The notes beneath the pieces are model-generated. The model was not told where the DNA came from and did not search any database. It was given only the letters and a program-made list of their open reading frames with translations. DNA of 64,000 nt from Eledone cirrhosa (lineage: Eukaryota): contig OZ024748.1 of NCBI GenBank assembly GCA_964016885.1, positions 45,012,001-45,076,000 of the forward strand. Direction: 5' to 3'. Numbering within the stretch: position 1 is the stretch's first letter; each line of letters starts with the position of its first letter. Positions 1 through 11,353 of the stretch are shown one piece after another. A program made the position numbers and the translations under genes.

Positions 1-860
1 TTCAGAGAAGTCATTTCTCTGTGTCTGTCCTACTTGGCTTCTAGCTTGGTACAACGGCGTGTCTGTGTATCTGGGTCAGTTTTGTTACGGATCTGTCAAT
101 TCTCCCCGTCTGGTGAGGACATCTCTCACCCACATTGGGGTGGGTGAGAGATGTCTTCTGTGAAAATAAGTATAGCTTTCATTATGTAAAATCTCCCAAT
201 TTGCTTCATTTCTTCCCGTTTTGGGGCACCTTTTTTCATAGCACGCCCCGTTTGGGCTTTTGAGGTTGGCAGGTCTCTTGTTAATGTGTCATAACTTAGC
301 AATTCGACATAAAGAGGATCGATAAAATAAGTATCAGATCAGACATGAAATATTAAGATAAGCATCGTTGTTGTTACACTCGAGTCAGAAAGATCCCCTC
401 TTTTCATGGCGGTATACAAACATGGCCGCTGTCTCGTGACTCTCATGACTGAAACCAGTTTAAAGAATAACCGAACAAAAGAATAAAAGAACGCAGAGAA
501 TACAAAGGAAGAAATATGAGGAGATAACGAGGGAGAATATATATATAGAGATTCACAACATTTTAGAGGAGATTTTATTTTGCTTGTTTGTAGATATCTG
601 GATATATCGGAGAAAGGAAGGAATGGGATTGGCTGAACCCGATGAAATATGGAAGAATTATGAGGAAAATACAATTAGAATGATTAAAGACAATTATGAA
701 ATGGCAGATTATGGTTGGCAGTAAAGAAAGGGCAAATGATATTCTATAAAAGACATTCGTAAAGTAATATCAGTGATAAAATATAGAGTTATAGATAATG
801 TTTAAAATGACGGAGAGCTGCTTTTGTAGGAATATCAGGTTTGGGATCTTATAACAGAAA

Positions 861-891
<31 letters not shown>

Positions 892-942
892 AAATGAGAA
901 ACGAAAATGAACAAAAGCATCGCGTAACAGGAGATAATTATT

Positions 943-1007
<65 letters not shown>

Positions 1008-1227
1008 TCTATCTATCTATATATCTATCTATTGAGGTGAATACAGAATACAAAGTCACACACAGCTCCTCCCATGTAGCTTCCACACAGTTTCTCCCTC
1101 TTAGTTTCCTCACAACTCCTTCCACACAACCCCTTCCACACAACACCTTCCACACCCCTTCCACACAACCCCTTCCACACGATCCCTTTCACACAACTCC
1201 CCCCACACACAAAACCTTCCACACAAC

Positions 1228-1427
1228 NNNNNNNNNNNNNNNNNNNNNNNNNNNNNNNNNNNNNNNNNNNNNNNNNNNNNNNNNNNNNNNNNNNNNNNNN
1301 NNNNNNNNNNNNNNNNNNNNNNNNNNNNNNNNNNNNNNNNNNNNNNNNNNNNNNNNNNNNNNNNNNNNNNNNNNNNNNNNNNNNNNNNNNNNNNNNNNNN
1401 NNNNNNNNNNNNNNNNNNNNNNNNNNN
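1228..1427. other. Assembly gap (200 N)
   Basis: Run of N characters. Confidence 0.99.
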
Positions 1428-1548
1428 TTTTATCGACGCCGTAAGGATGAAAGGCAAAGTCAACCTCGGCGGGATTTGAACTCAGATCGTAAAGGGACGT
1501 AACTATGGTAGAAAGCATAGCGTCCGACTCTCTACCGATACTGCCAAC
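1428..1548 (-). mobile_element. tRNA-derived SINE, partial (cut by the gap)
   Basis: Reverse complement has B-box-like GAGTTCAAATCCC and the family core TTGCCTTTCATCCTTACGG..TCGATAAAA. Confidence 0.8.
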
Positions 1549-1654
1549 CAAATAACGCAACATAACAAGATTGCCCGAAAACGTCAAACTACCACTGGTA
1601 CCACAGAATATAAACGTCTTTTATTAATGAACGTGTGACTTTGTGTGTGTGTAT

Positions 1655-2409
<755 letters not shown>

Positions 2410-2547
2410 TAATAGTAATATTATTTATACTTATATATACGCTATATATAATTATAAACAGGAAAGGTCAGTATTTTTTACCACCTTAATACCAGTATGA
2501 AAAATACCTCAATGTAAATACATCAGATGTCTTACAGAGCAGGAATA

Positions 2548-3870
2548 TAAATTACAGAATAATCAAAACTATGTTCAAAACATTTTATTGCTGACAATCG
2601 TTTCTTCCAAACTTTTAAATAGAAAATCAGAATTTTTTTCCACGTGGCAACACTACCACCGACACTCTTTCCACAATTTCAAACCTAGCTGCTCATATAT
2701 AACAATGTCAGATCTGGATTCCTCACCACCGTTAACACTTTACCTCTAGGTTTTATCAGCATATAATACCCCCACTGCATCACATTCTTGTATCAGCTCA
2801 TCCCCCCACTTATCTCCTGTTTATCTCAGATCTTATACTCAACAATAACTATTGGGAATAAACATAAAGTTACCACCACTTAATATAACTACAATATCTT
2901 CCCTACTAATATTTCATTCATTTAATTAGTATATGGGTAGGTAGGGGTAAATTGAGACCTTTAAAATAAATATAAAAATATAAAAATAAATAGCATTATA
3001 TAAAAGGATTCACTTATAATACAATATATTGTATATTAACACATAGAACTTAACTAATTGGAGTCATAAACAACTAACACCAGATTATACATTTTTCTCT
3101 TATACACAAATTAATCAGCAATTACCTCCCCTTTCCCATTACCTCTCCTTAGTGTAGATCTCTAATCACTTCCTGAAATTAAACCGTTAGACAGATCACT
3201 CCAGAACAACTCTAACCTTTGATAAGATTATAGTGAGACCAATACACAATCCATAGTTGTAGCTACTGATAATCATTTCCTAAAATATAACCAGTGTAAT
3301 GGAAAGGAAAACCTTGGTAATTATACTCTCAACACATACATTTGAACATTATAGGAACAATTATCACACTACATCCACCATAAACTTCATAGAAATTGCT
3401 TTTCATACCCACGCATCTCTGTCTGCTTAATATGCTTTTACACATGTATTGTATTATGTGATACATTTGCCATACTGTGATATATATGCTTAGTACCATT
3501 GCGTGTTTCTTACCTGGTTATTCTGTACATGCCTAATACCTCTGCACTCTTTCTATGTTTGACTTTGTACCGCTATTGTCCTCATTTTGCGAGTAACTTT
3601 CTTCTTTAATTCTTCTATAATTGTTGTATTATTCTTTTATAATCTTTGTCGCATCCACTGATACTAACCCACACCACCTTCACTCTTTAAATATGACACA
3701 TTTAGTGACAACAGTAATATCTACGTGTCTTTACGATTGCTCTGTGGGATAGGAGGTTAATTATATGCCTAAACTTTGCTAATGCTCCGATGATTCCAAA
3801 CGAAAGTTTGGAAGAAACGTTTGTCAGCAATAACATGTTTTGAACATAGTTTTGATTATTCTGTAATTTA
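2548..3870 (+). mobile_element. Non-coding PLE-like remnant with an inverted partial copy of its 3' end
   Basis: 2548-2617 is the reverse complement of about 3802-3870; hammerhead motif at 3783-3829. Confidence 0.55.
3783..3829 (+). ncRNA. Type-I hammerhead ribozyme motif, one core substitution
   Basis: TGCT-CCGATGA-TTCCAAAC(GAAA)GTTTGGAA-GAAA-CGTTT-GTC-AGCA: stem I 4 bp, stem II 8 bp, GUC triplet. Confidence 0.7.
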
Positions 3871-3919
<49 letters not shown>

Positions 3920-3920
3920 C

Positions 3921-3959
<39 letters not shown>

Positions 3960-3990
3960 CGTGTGTATGGACATACACACAAATACACAC

Positions 3991-4086
<96 letters not shown>

Positions 4087-4089
<3 letters not shown>

Positions 4090-4279
4090 AACGAGTAGGA
4101 CCCCGACGGCTGAGCTCAAGCCGTTTCGACGGCTAATTCTGGACTCAGAATTAGCCGTCGAAACGGCTTGAGCTCAGCCGTCGGGGTCCTACTCTTTCCT
4201 ATTACCCACTCTGCTACCCTAAGTATTGAGTACTTTGGTGTGTTATGGTTCATCTGGTTCCTTACCACATTTCCTTCGT

Positions 4280-4280
<1 letters not shown>
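4087..4280 (+). mobile_element. Short palindromic element containing the 3' half of a hammerhead; second copy at 32226-32365
   Basis: Near-perfect palindrome 4087-4201; GAAA-CGGCT..AGCC-GTC-GGGGT; flanked by (TA)n. Confidence 0.65.
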
Positions 4281-4309
<29 letters not shown>

Positions 4310-4311
<2 letters not shown>

Positions 4312-6030
4312 TTAAAATAACAGATTAAAATTTAAGCAAAGAATCGCTGCTTTCACCCTTAACGGGATCTTCTGAAACTAACAAAGTCAATCTGTAAACG
4401 CAGAAGTGGATATTTCAAAAAACGTTGCAACCGGAGGAAGACAGGAAGACGATACTTTGGTTCGTGGAAACGTTCCCTTGGCAAAGAACGGGAAAAAACG
4501 AATATATATCGGGTTGATTGCCCCCTATACGGGAAATGCCTCTCTTGTAACATTGTCTACAAATGTAAGGTTGAAACACCCACGTCCCGTAGGGCCTACA
4601 TAGGGTTAACCGCCAATAGATTCAAGCAGCGTCTTTACATGCATACCCATTCTTTTCGTTACCCCCTAAGAAGGAATATGACGTCACTTTCAGCTTATAT
4701 CTGGAGTCTGAAAGACAACCACACCCAATATAAGTTACACTGGGAGATCCTAGCTAGGGCTAGATCGTATAACGGAAATAAAAGACCATGTGACCTCTGC
4801 GCCGCTGAGGCCCTGGAAATACTCTACGCCACAGACCTCATCCTAAACAAAAGATCTGAGGCAATTTCGGCTTGTAAACATAAATTGCACAAAACTTTTC
4901 TGCATTACAGCCCCACGTTATACCCTAACGGATAGTACGATCTATACGTGGATATTTTACGTCTCAATGTGGTAGCTAAGTATATGTTTTGTTTATACCA
5001 TTACTTATTTGCATAGGTAAGTATAGATTACCTGTATGTTTTGTGAAGGTACGTATACTTTCTCGTACGTATATTTGATTGTATATGTTATGGCGTATAA
5101 TTTTTTATATATTCTAGTACATATGGTTTGGTTATGTGTATACGGGAGTTTTGCGTCTGTGTGAGTATGCAGGTTCGTACTATGTAGGGTGTGTGTATAT
5201 GTGTACTTCATGTTTTGGTTGACTTACGTCTCCGAACATTTGTGTATTTACATGTAGGTATATATGTGCGCTTGTTATATACGTATTTATTTATTTATTT
5301 ATTTACGTTTATTTAATTATTTATTTATTTGTATACACGCACACACACACATATTTATATGTGCGTGATTTTGTATACCTATGGCAAGTGTTCTCGCGTA
5401 TGCTTGTGTATGTACGTATTTGCATAAGTGTATGTATTTACTTAATTTCTATTACCTATGTATTGTATTTTATTTACTTTATTCTTAACTCTGAAGCGGA
5501 GATTCATTCGGTTTCCTAGTTAGAATTTTAGTCTACGACTTCTGCTATACCATTTACGTGGTTTTGTCTTTGCGTGCAATTGTTCTCCACGCTCCACATA
5601 TGACGTATTATCTTCGTTTTTTCTGTTCATTGCCAGAGAAGGTCTCTATGAACCACCTAAGAGAACATTAGTCTACGACTTCTTTTATACCATAAACGTG
5701 GTATTGTCTTTGCGCGTAATTGTTTTTCACCGCTCCTATTAATGACGTATTATATTCGTTTTTTCCCGTTCTTTGCCAGGGAACGTCTCCACGAACCAAA
5801 GTATCGTCTTCCTGTCTTCCTCCGGGTTTTTTGAAATATCAACTTCTGCGTTTACAGATTGACTTTGTTAGTTTCAGAAGATCCCGTTAAGGGTGAAAGC
5901 AGCGCTTCTTTGCTCAAACTTTAATCTGTTATTTTAATAAATATTTGCTCTACGGTTTTTATATATTTGATATATATTTATCCTTATCGAGCCCTCTTTG
6001 GATTTTAGTCTTCAAATTTATTATTATTAC
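4310..6030 (+). mobile_element. 5'-truncated Penelope-like element with inverted pseudo-LTR segment
   Basis: GIY-YIG remnant 4516-4935; 4310-4505 is the reverse complement of about 5749-5937; 3' repeat also at 50370-50980, and its extreme end at 17835-17920 and 28355-28412. Confidence 0.8.
4516..4935 (+). pseudogene. PLE GIY-YIG endonuclease domain fragment
   Basis: Translates GKCLSCNIVYKCKVETPTSRRAYIGLTANRFKQRLYMH..SLSAYIWSLK..CDLCAAE..LNKRSE..CKH, collinear with 30411-30890. Confidence 0.85.
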
Positions 6031-6035
6031 TATAG

Positions 6036-6208
6036 TATCAGTAGAGGGTTGGACGCCATGCTTTCTAGCATAGTTACGTCTCTTTAGGGTTTGAGTTCAA
6101 ATCCCGTGGAGGTTAACTTTGCCTTTCATCCTTACGGGCTCGATAAAATAAAGTACCAGTAATGTACTGGGTAATTGCTGGCCTTGTGCCAAAAGTAGAA
6201 ACAATTAT

Positions 6209-6210
<2 letters not shown>
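6036..6210 (+). mobile_element. tRNA-derived SINE
   Basis: GAGTTCAAATCCC B box, family core, 3' end GCTGGCCTTGTGCCAAAAGTAGAAACAATTAT. Confidence 0.85.
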
Positions 6211-6304
<94 letters not shown>

Positions 6305-6959
6305 TAGAATTGGTGCTCTGAAATAGCTATATATATATGAATGTATATATAGTGTATTTTGCAATATATATATATATATATAAGAGAATTAGGTTTTAAA
6401 TAAACAAAAAACCAGATGTACTACACAGGTGAAAGTTTAAGGAAAAGAAATCGAAATTGCAGCTGGAGTCTTTTTAAGAATATTTATTTATTTCCTTTAC
6501 CGGTTTCACAGTTCTTATGTTTCTCAAAAGTAGAATTGAGATGGAGGGCTGAAGGAGGGTGTGTGGTTTGTCTCAAACCACAAACTCTCCCTCACTCTCT
6601 ATATCTATATCTATATCTCCCATTTATCTCTATATAACATGTACATAAGTTGTAGTGCATATACAAATAGATGTGTTTTGGTAGTTAGGGGAGAAAAATA
6701 TTATGGGAGGGGAGGCATGGTCTCTGACTCCTTCAGTTCCCCTGCCCCTGATATATTGTATATGAATGTGTGTATATTTATGCGTGTATATATAGGTTTT
6801 TATTACTTTTAGAATCTTTGTATGTATCCATGTAAGCGTATACGCATATATGTACGTATGTGTATGTATGTAAGCATGTATGTATATATGCATATATACA
6901 TACATGCATGTATATATATGTATATACATGTTTGTATATATGCATATATACATACATAC

Positions 6960-7375
6960 TGGGAGAGATGACCCCTTAGCCTTTGTCAAGGCAGAATTCT
7001 AGGAGAAGGAAAACTCTGATATAACACCTGCAACCCTGATGGTATCCAATGATGTTGACTTGTTCTTCTTTTTGGTAAATATCATCTTGGTTAAGAGAGT
7101 GGGACTGGCGTTGTGCAGTGCCTTTGCTCACTATAAAAGCTTCACGGCACAGGCATTGCTTTATATCTGGAGATCTCTCTGCACTTGTCGTCACATGGTA
7201 CCATGGGCCCAGCACTATGTGTCAATAATTGTCACAAGTGTAGTGTTTGTACCAGAGTTTTCAAGTCGCTGGTTGGACTAAAAAGTCACACTCGTTCAGC
7301 GCATCGGTAGGGGTTCTCCTACATGGATGTAAAGTAGTGGCCGTACTCGAAAACGAGTTGGCAGCCACCATATAT
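6960..7375 (+). mobile_element. RTE-clade LINE derivative (5'UTR-like motif plus C-terminal C2H2 finger and 3' tail)
   Basis: CTAGGAGAAGGAAAACTCTG motif near 6999; 7233-7310 encodes HKCSVCTRVFKSLVGLKSHTRSAHR*; same 3' tail recurs at 23188-23222. Confidence 0.55.
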
Positions 7376-7782
7376 GCATATATGTAAGCGCATACGCATA
7401 TATGTATGTGAATGTATGTATGTAAGCATGTATGTATATATGTAAGCGTATACGTATATATGTACGTATGCGTATGTATGTAAGCATGTATGTATATATG
7501 TATATAAGCAGTATGTACGTACATATGTAATCATATATGTAAGCATATATATACGTGTGTGTGTGTATGTGTGTTAGTATGTATGTAAGTATACGTATAT
7601 ACGTGTATATACGCATATACGTATATATGTCCGAATGTGTGTGTATGTATGTATGTATGTATATATGTATGTAACCATGTATGTACGTACATATGCAAGC
7701 TTATATGTACGTGTGTGTATGTGTTTTTGTATGTATGAATGTATGTAAGCATATACGCATATATGTACGTGTGTGTATGTGT

Positions 7783-7813
<31 letters not shown>

Positions 7814-7950
7814 AGTTATACAACCCTGGGAGCCAATAAAATGTTCTAACAATCAACAGACATCAGTAATCCTACCAAGCCATTCCCCAGTGCTATGTTG
7901 AGCGGTTTCCATGACATTCACAAGTATTTCCTTTTATATAATATACCTTG

Positions 7951-9320
7951 ACTACCAATATTATGTTGTATAAGATTTGTCCGAATTCTATCTTACCTTC
8001 CTCGATCTGCTAAAATAAACAACCAAATTTCCCTCAATCATTACCTTCTCTACCAATATTATGTTGTATAAGATTTGTCCGAATTGTATCTTACCTTCCT
8101 TGATCTGCTAAAATAAACAACCAAATTTCTCTCAATCATTACCTTCTCTACCAATATCATGTTGTATAAGATTTGTCCGAATTCTATCTTACCTTCCTCG
8201 ATCTGCTAAAATAAACAACCAAATTTCCCTCAATCATTACCTTCTCTACCAATATTATGTTGTATAAGATTTGTCCGAATTGTATCTTACCTTCCTTGAT
8301 CTGCTAAAATAAACAACCAAATTTCTCTCAATCATTACCTTCTCTACCAATATTATGTTGTATAAGATTTGACCGAATTGTATCTTACCTTCCTCGATCT
8401 GCTAAAATAAACAACCAAATTTCTCTCAATCATTACCTTCTCTACCAATATTATGTTTTATAAGATTTGTCACAAGTTAGTGATATAGCACAACCATTTC
8501 ATCTTACCTTTCTCGATTTGCTAAAATAAACAACGAAGTTTCCCTCAATCATTACCTTATGTGAAGACAAGATATGTAAGAATCGCTTATGCCGAAAGAT
8601 TCTGGCCCTCTGATCATACCTTACTCGATTTGTTAAAATATACAACCAAGTTTCCTTCAATCACGACCTTCACAACCAATTATGTATAAGATTTGTTAGA
8701 CATCGGTAAAATGATACAAACGAAGCATCCGTCGTAAATATCTTACCTTGCTCGATTTGCTAAAATAAACAACTAAATTTCCCCCAATCACTAACTTATA
8801 TAAGGAAGGAAAGGTACGTAAAATCGCTTATGTCGAAATATTCTGGCTTTCCGAAAACTTCTTATTTGATTTTCTAAAGTAAACAACTAAATTTCCCTCA
8901 ATCACAATCTCATATAAGGACAAGATACGTAAGAATCGCTTTTGTCGAAAGATTCTGGACTTCTGATCATACCTTACTCGATTTGTTAAAATATACAACC
9001 AAATTTCTCTTTATCACAATCTTATATAACGACAAGATATGTAAGAATCGCTTTTGTTGAAAGATTCTGGACTTCTGATCATACCTTACTCGATTTGTTA
9101 AAATATACAACCAAATTTCCCTCTATCATTATCTCATAGGAGGACAGGATATATTCAGATCAATATTTTTCAGAATCGCTTATGTCGAAATATTCTGGCC
9201 TTCTGATAAACATACATTCTAAATATACATTCTAAAATATACAACCAAATTTCCCTCAATCACTACCTCATATAATGACAAGATACGTAAGAATCGCTTA
9301 TTCCTCAATCGCTATCTTAT
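7951..9320. repeat. Satellite: about five 98-bp units grading into diverged longer units; continues at 15055-15215
   Basis: TACCAATA recurs at 7953, 8051, 8149; shared core CTAAAATAAACAACCAAATTTCCCTCAATCA. Confidence 0.92.
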
Positions 9321-9541
9321 CTATCTATCTCTGGGATGGACACACGCGTATAACTTGCTGAGTAAGTTCTGTTTAAATTTCTATAGAAATTCTTGTCTGA
9401 TAACTTTAATTTTTGCACCATTTTGTAGAGGGACTGCCAGGTCAAACTTTGATCTGGTCAGTCTCTCAAAATATTCTACGCCTTTAGGCGAAATAGTTAA
9501 AAAAAAAGTTTTTTCTTGTTGAAAAGTCAATATTTTTTTAA

Positions 9542-11329
9542 ATGGCCGAAGCTTCTTCACCAAAATTCGAAGGAGGAAAGGGGAAGATGAACTTACAGCT
9601 TCCCCCTGCCACTGTCACAGTAGCAGAGGTCAAGAAGATAGGTCAGCCAGAGGAAGAATTCTCTCCACCTGTTAACCGACAACTTGACGTTGCCATGGCA
9701 ACAACCCAAAGAACCAGCAGCAACAGCAACAACAACAACAATGCGACGGACGAAAACAACACCAATAACAATAACAATAACAACAACAAGACCAATAACG
9801 GTGACAACAACAACAATGATAACAACAACACCACCAACGACAACAACAACACAAACAAACAAAATTTCTCCTTCGCCGAGACGACAAGGAAAACCCTCGA
9901 CTATCTGCCAGTAGATATAACAAAAGCGAAGGAGCTACTGGCGGATGCGAAAAAATATATAGTGTACGGGGAAAATGGTTCATTCACAATCCATTCCCCC
10001 CCGGAACTAAAAAGCCAGAGACTCCTAAACACGGTCATGTTTAGGACAATCTCGAACAAAAGTAAAAAACCAGCTCAACCATCACAGAGCGAGATAGAGC
10101 TGGTTTTAAAAGACGTCATGAAGGACATCACCTTCATTCAGAAGGATAGACTCTACGGGAGTCTATCCATTCTCATGAAGGACAGGGACACAGCAGTGAA
10201 ACTGTCCATCAAACCAATCACATCCACCGCATACACCTTCTACCCTACGTACATGGGTAGAAGAACACAAAAAATAAAAATCCACACCATCCTGCCGATT
10301 ATGGACATATGGTGGGTTTTGACAGGTTTTCTGGACCTGGAGGATGACATGCTGGTGTCCATGGGAAAGGCATCGGGTGACGCGTTCAGTGGAACGAGCC
10401 TCGAACTTGTAGTTCAAATGAGGCCCGAAAGGATCGCCCAGATCCCTGAACGCGTCATACTGGATGATCTAACCTTCATCAACATTACCGTTGAGGGTAG
10501 ACGGCCCTCGTGTTACCTCTGCGGAACCAGAGGTCACCTGAGGGCTGTCTGTCCCCAACTTAATAAGAAAACCCCAATCCTGCCTACACCACCAACAACT
10601 GCACAACCAACACAATCACCACAACTACCACTACAAAAACAACCACCACAGCTCAAACCAAAACAAAACAATGTCCAACCCATCCCTTCCACTCAAAAAA
10701 CAAAAACAATTTCCAAAACACCCGTACCGCAAACACAACCCGAAAATATACCCCTCCCTTCCAACGCGGAAGATGACCCTAGTTCGTCGTCAGACGAGGA
10801 GGAGCACTTCCACACAATCAAAAGAAAAAAAAGAAAACACACCTCAGACACACAAATGAAAAAAAACCCTCCCCAAAACATAACACTGACACCAACACAA
10901 AAGAGCTCACAACAGCAAACAAAAAACACCACACAAAAACAAAAACATGCATACACATACATAAATACAAGAAACAAAAAACTGTTAAACATTGTGTACA
11001 ACAACAATCTAATAAAAACACAAGGGCCTAACTTCACCCAGGCAGGGGATTTCCCCCACCTCAAAATGATTAAGGCCCCACAGGACACCTATAAAACTTT
11101 AAAAAACAATTTTAAAGAGGACGTGGGTCCCCCCTGCGTCGGGCCCATTAACCGCGTCCTCCTAAAAAACTATCCCACCCCCTCCCCAAACACCCTCACA
11201 ACTCCAAGCTCCCCAACCACACAACACACTGATGCCCCCACACTTCCACAAACCACCACCCCACCCAACAACCCATCCCCCACCCTAATGGAAATTGTGC
11301 AGCCCGATACCCGGGACGCAGAGAGGTAA
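9542..11329 (+). CDS. LINE ORF1p (Gag-like, CCHC zinc knuckle)
   Basis: 595-aa ORF; CYLCGTRGHLRAVC (Cx2Cx4Hx4C); basic KRKKRK patch; poly-Asn and P/Q/T-rich regions. Confidence 0.9.
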   Translation: MAEASSPKFEGGKGKMNLQLPPATVTVAEVKKIGQPEEEFSPPVNRQLDVAMATTQRTSSNSNNNNNATDENNTNNNNNNNNKTNNGDNNNNDNNNTTNDNNNTNKQNFSFAETTRKTLDYLPVDITKAKELLADAKKYIVYGENGSFTIHSPPELKSQRLLNTVMFRTISNKSKKPAQPSQSEIELVLKDVMKDITFIQKDRLYGSLSILMKDRDTAVKLSIKPITSTAYTFYPTYMGRRTQKIKIHTILPIMDIWWVLTGFLDLEDDMLVSMGKASGDAFSGTSLELVVQMRPERIAQIPERVILDDLTFINITVEGRRPSCYLCGTRGHLRAVCPQLNKKTPILPTPPTTAQPTQSPQLPLQKQPPQLKPKQNNVQPIPSTQKTKTISKTPVPQTQPENIPLPSNAEDDPSSSSDEEEHFHTIKRKKRKHTSDTQMKKNPPQNITLTPTQKSSQQQTKNTTQKQKHAYTYINTRNKKLLNIVYNNNLIKTQGPNFTQAGDFPHLKMIKAPQDTYKTLKNNFKEDVGPPCVGPINRVLLKNYPTPSPNTLTTPSSPTTQHTDAPTLPQTTTPPNNPSPTLMEIVQPDTRDAER

Positions 11330-11353
11330 GTGCCTTTTCTCTTCACCACCAAC

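Noticed and set aside
5870-5912. CAGAAGA-TCCC..GGGT-GAAA in the PLE 3' repeat
   Set aside because: Core altered in all three copies and no stem I pairing; not called as a ribozyme
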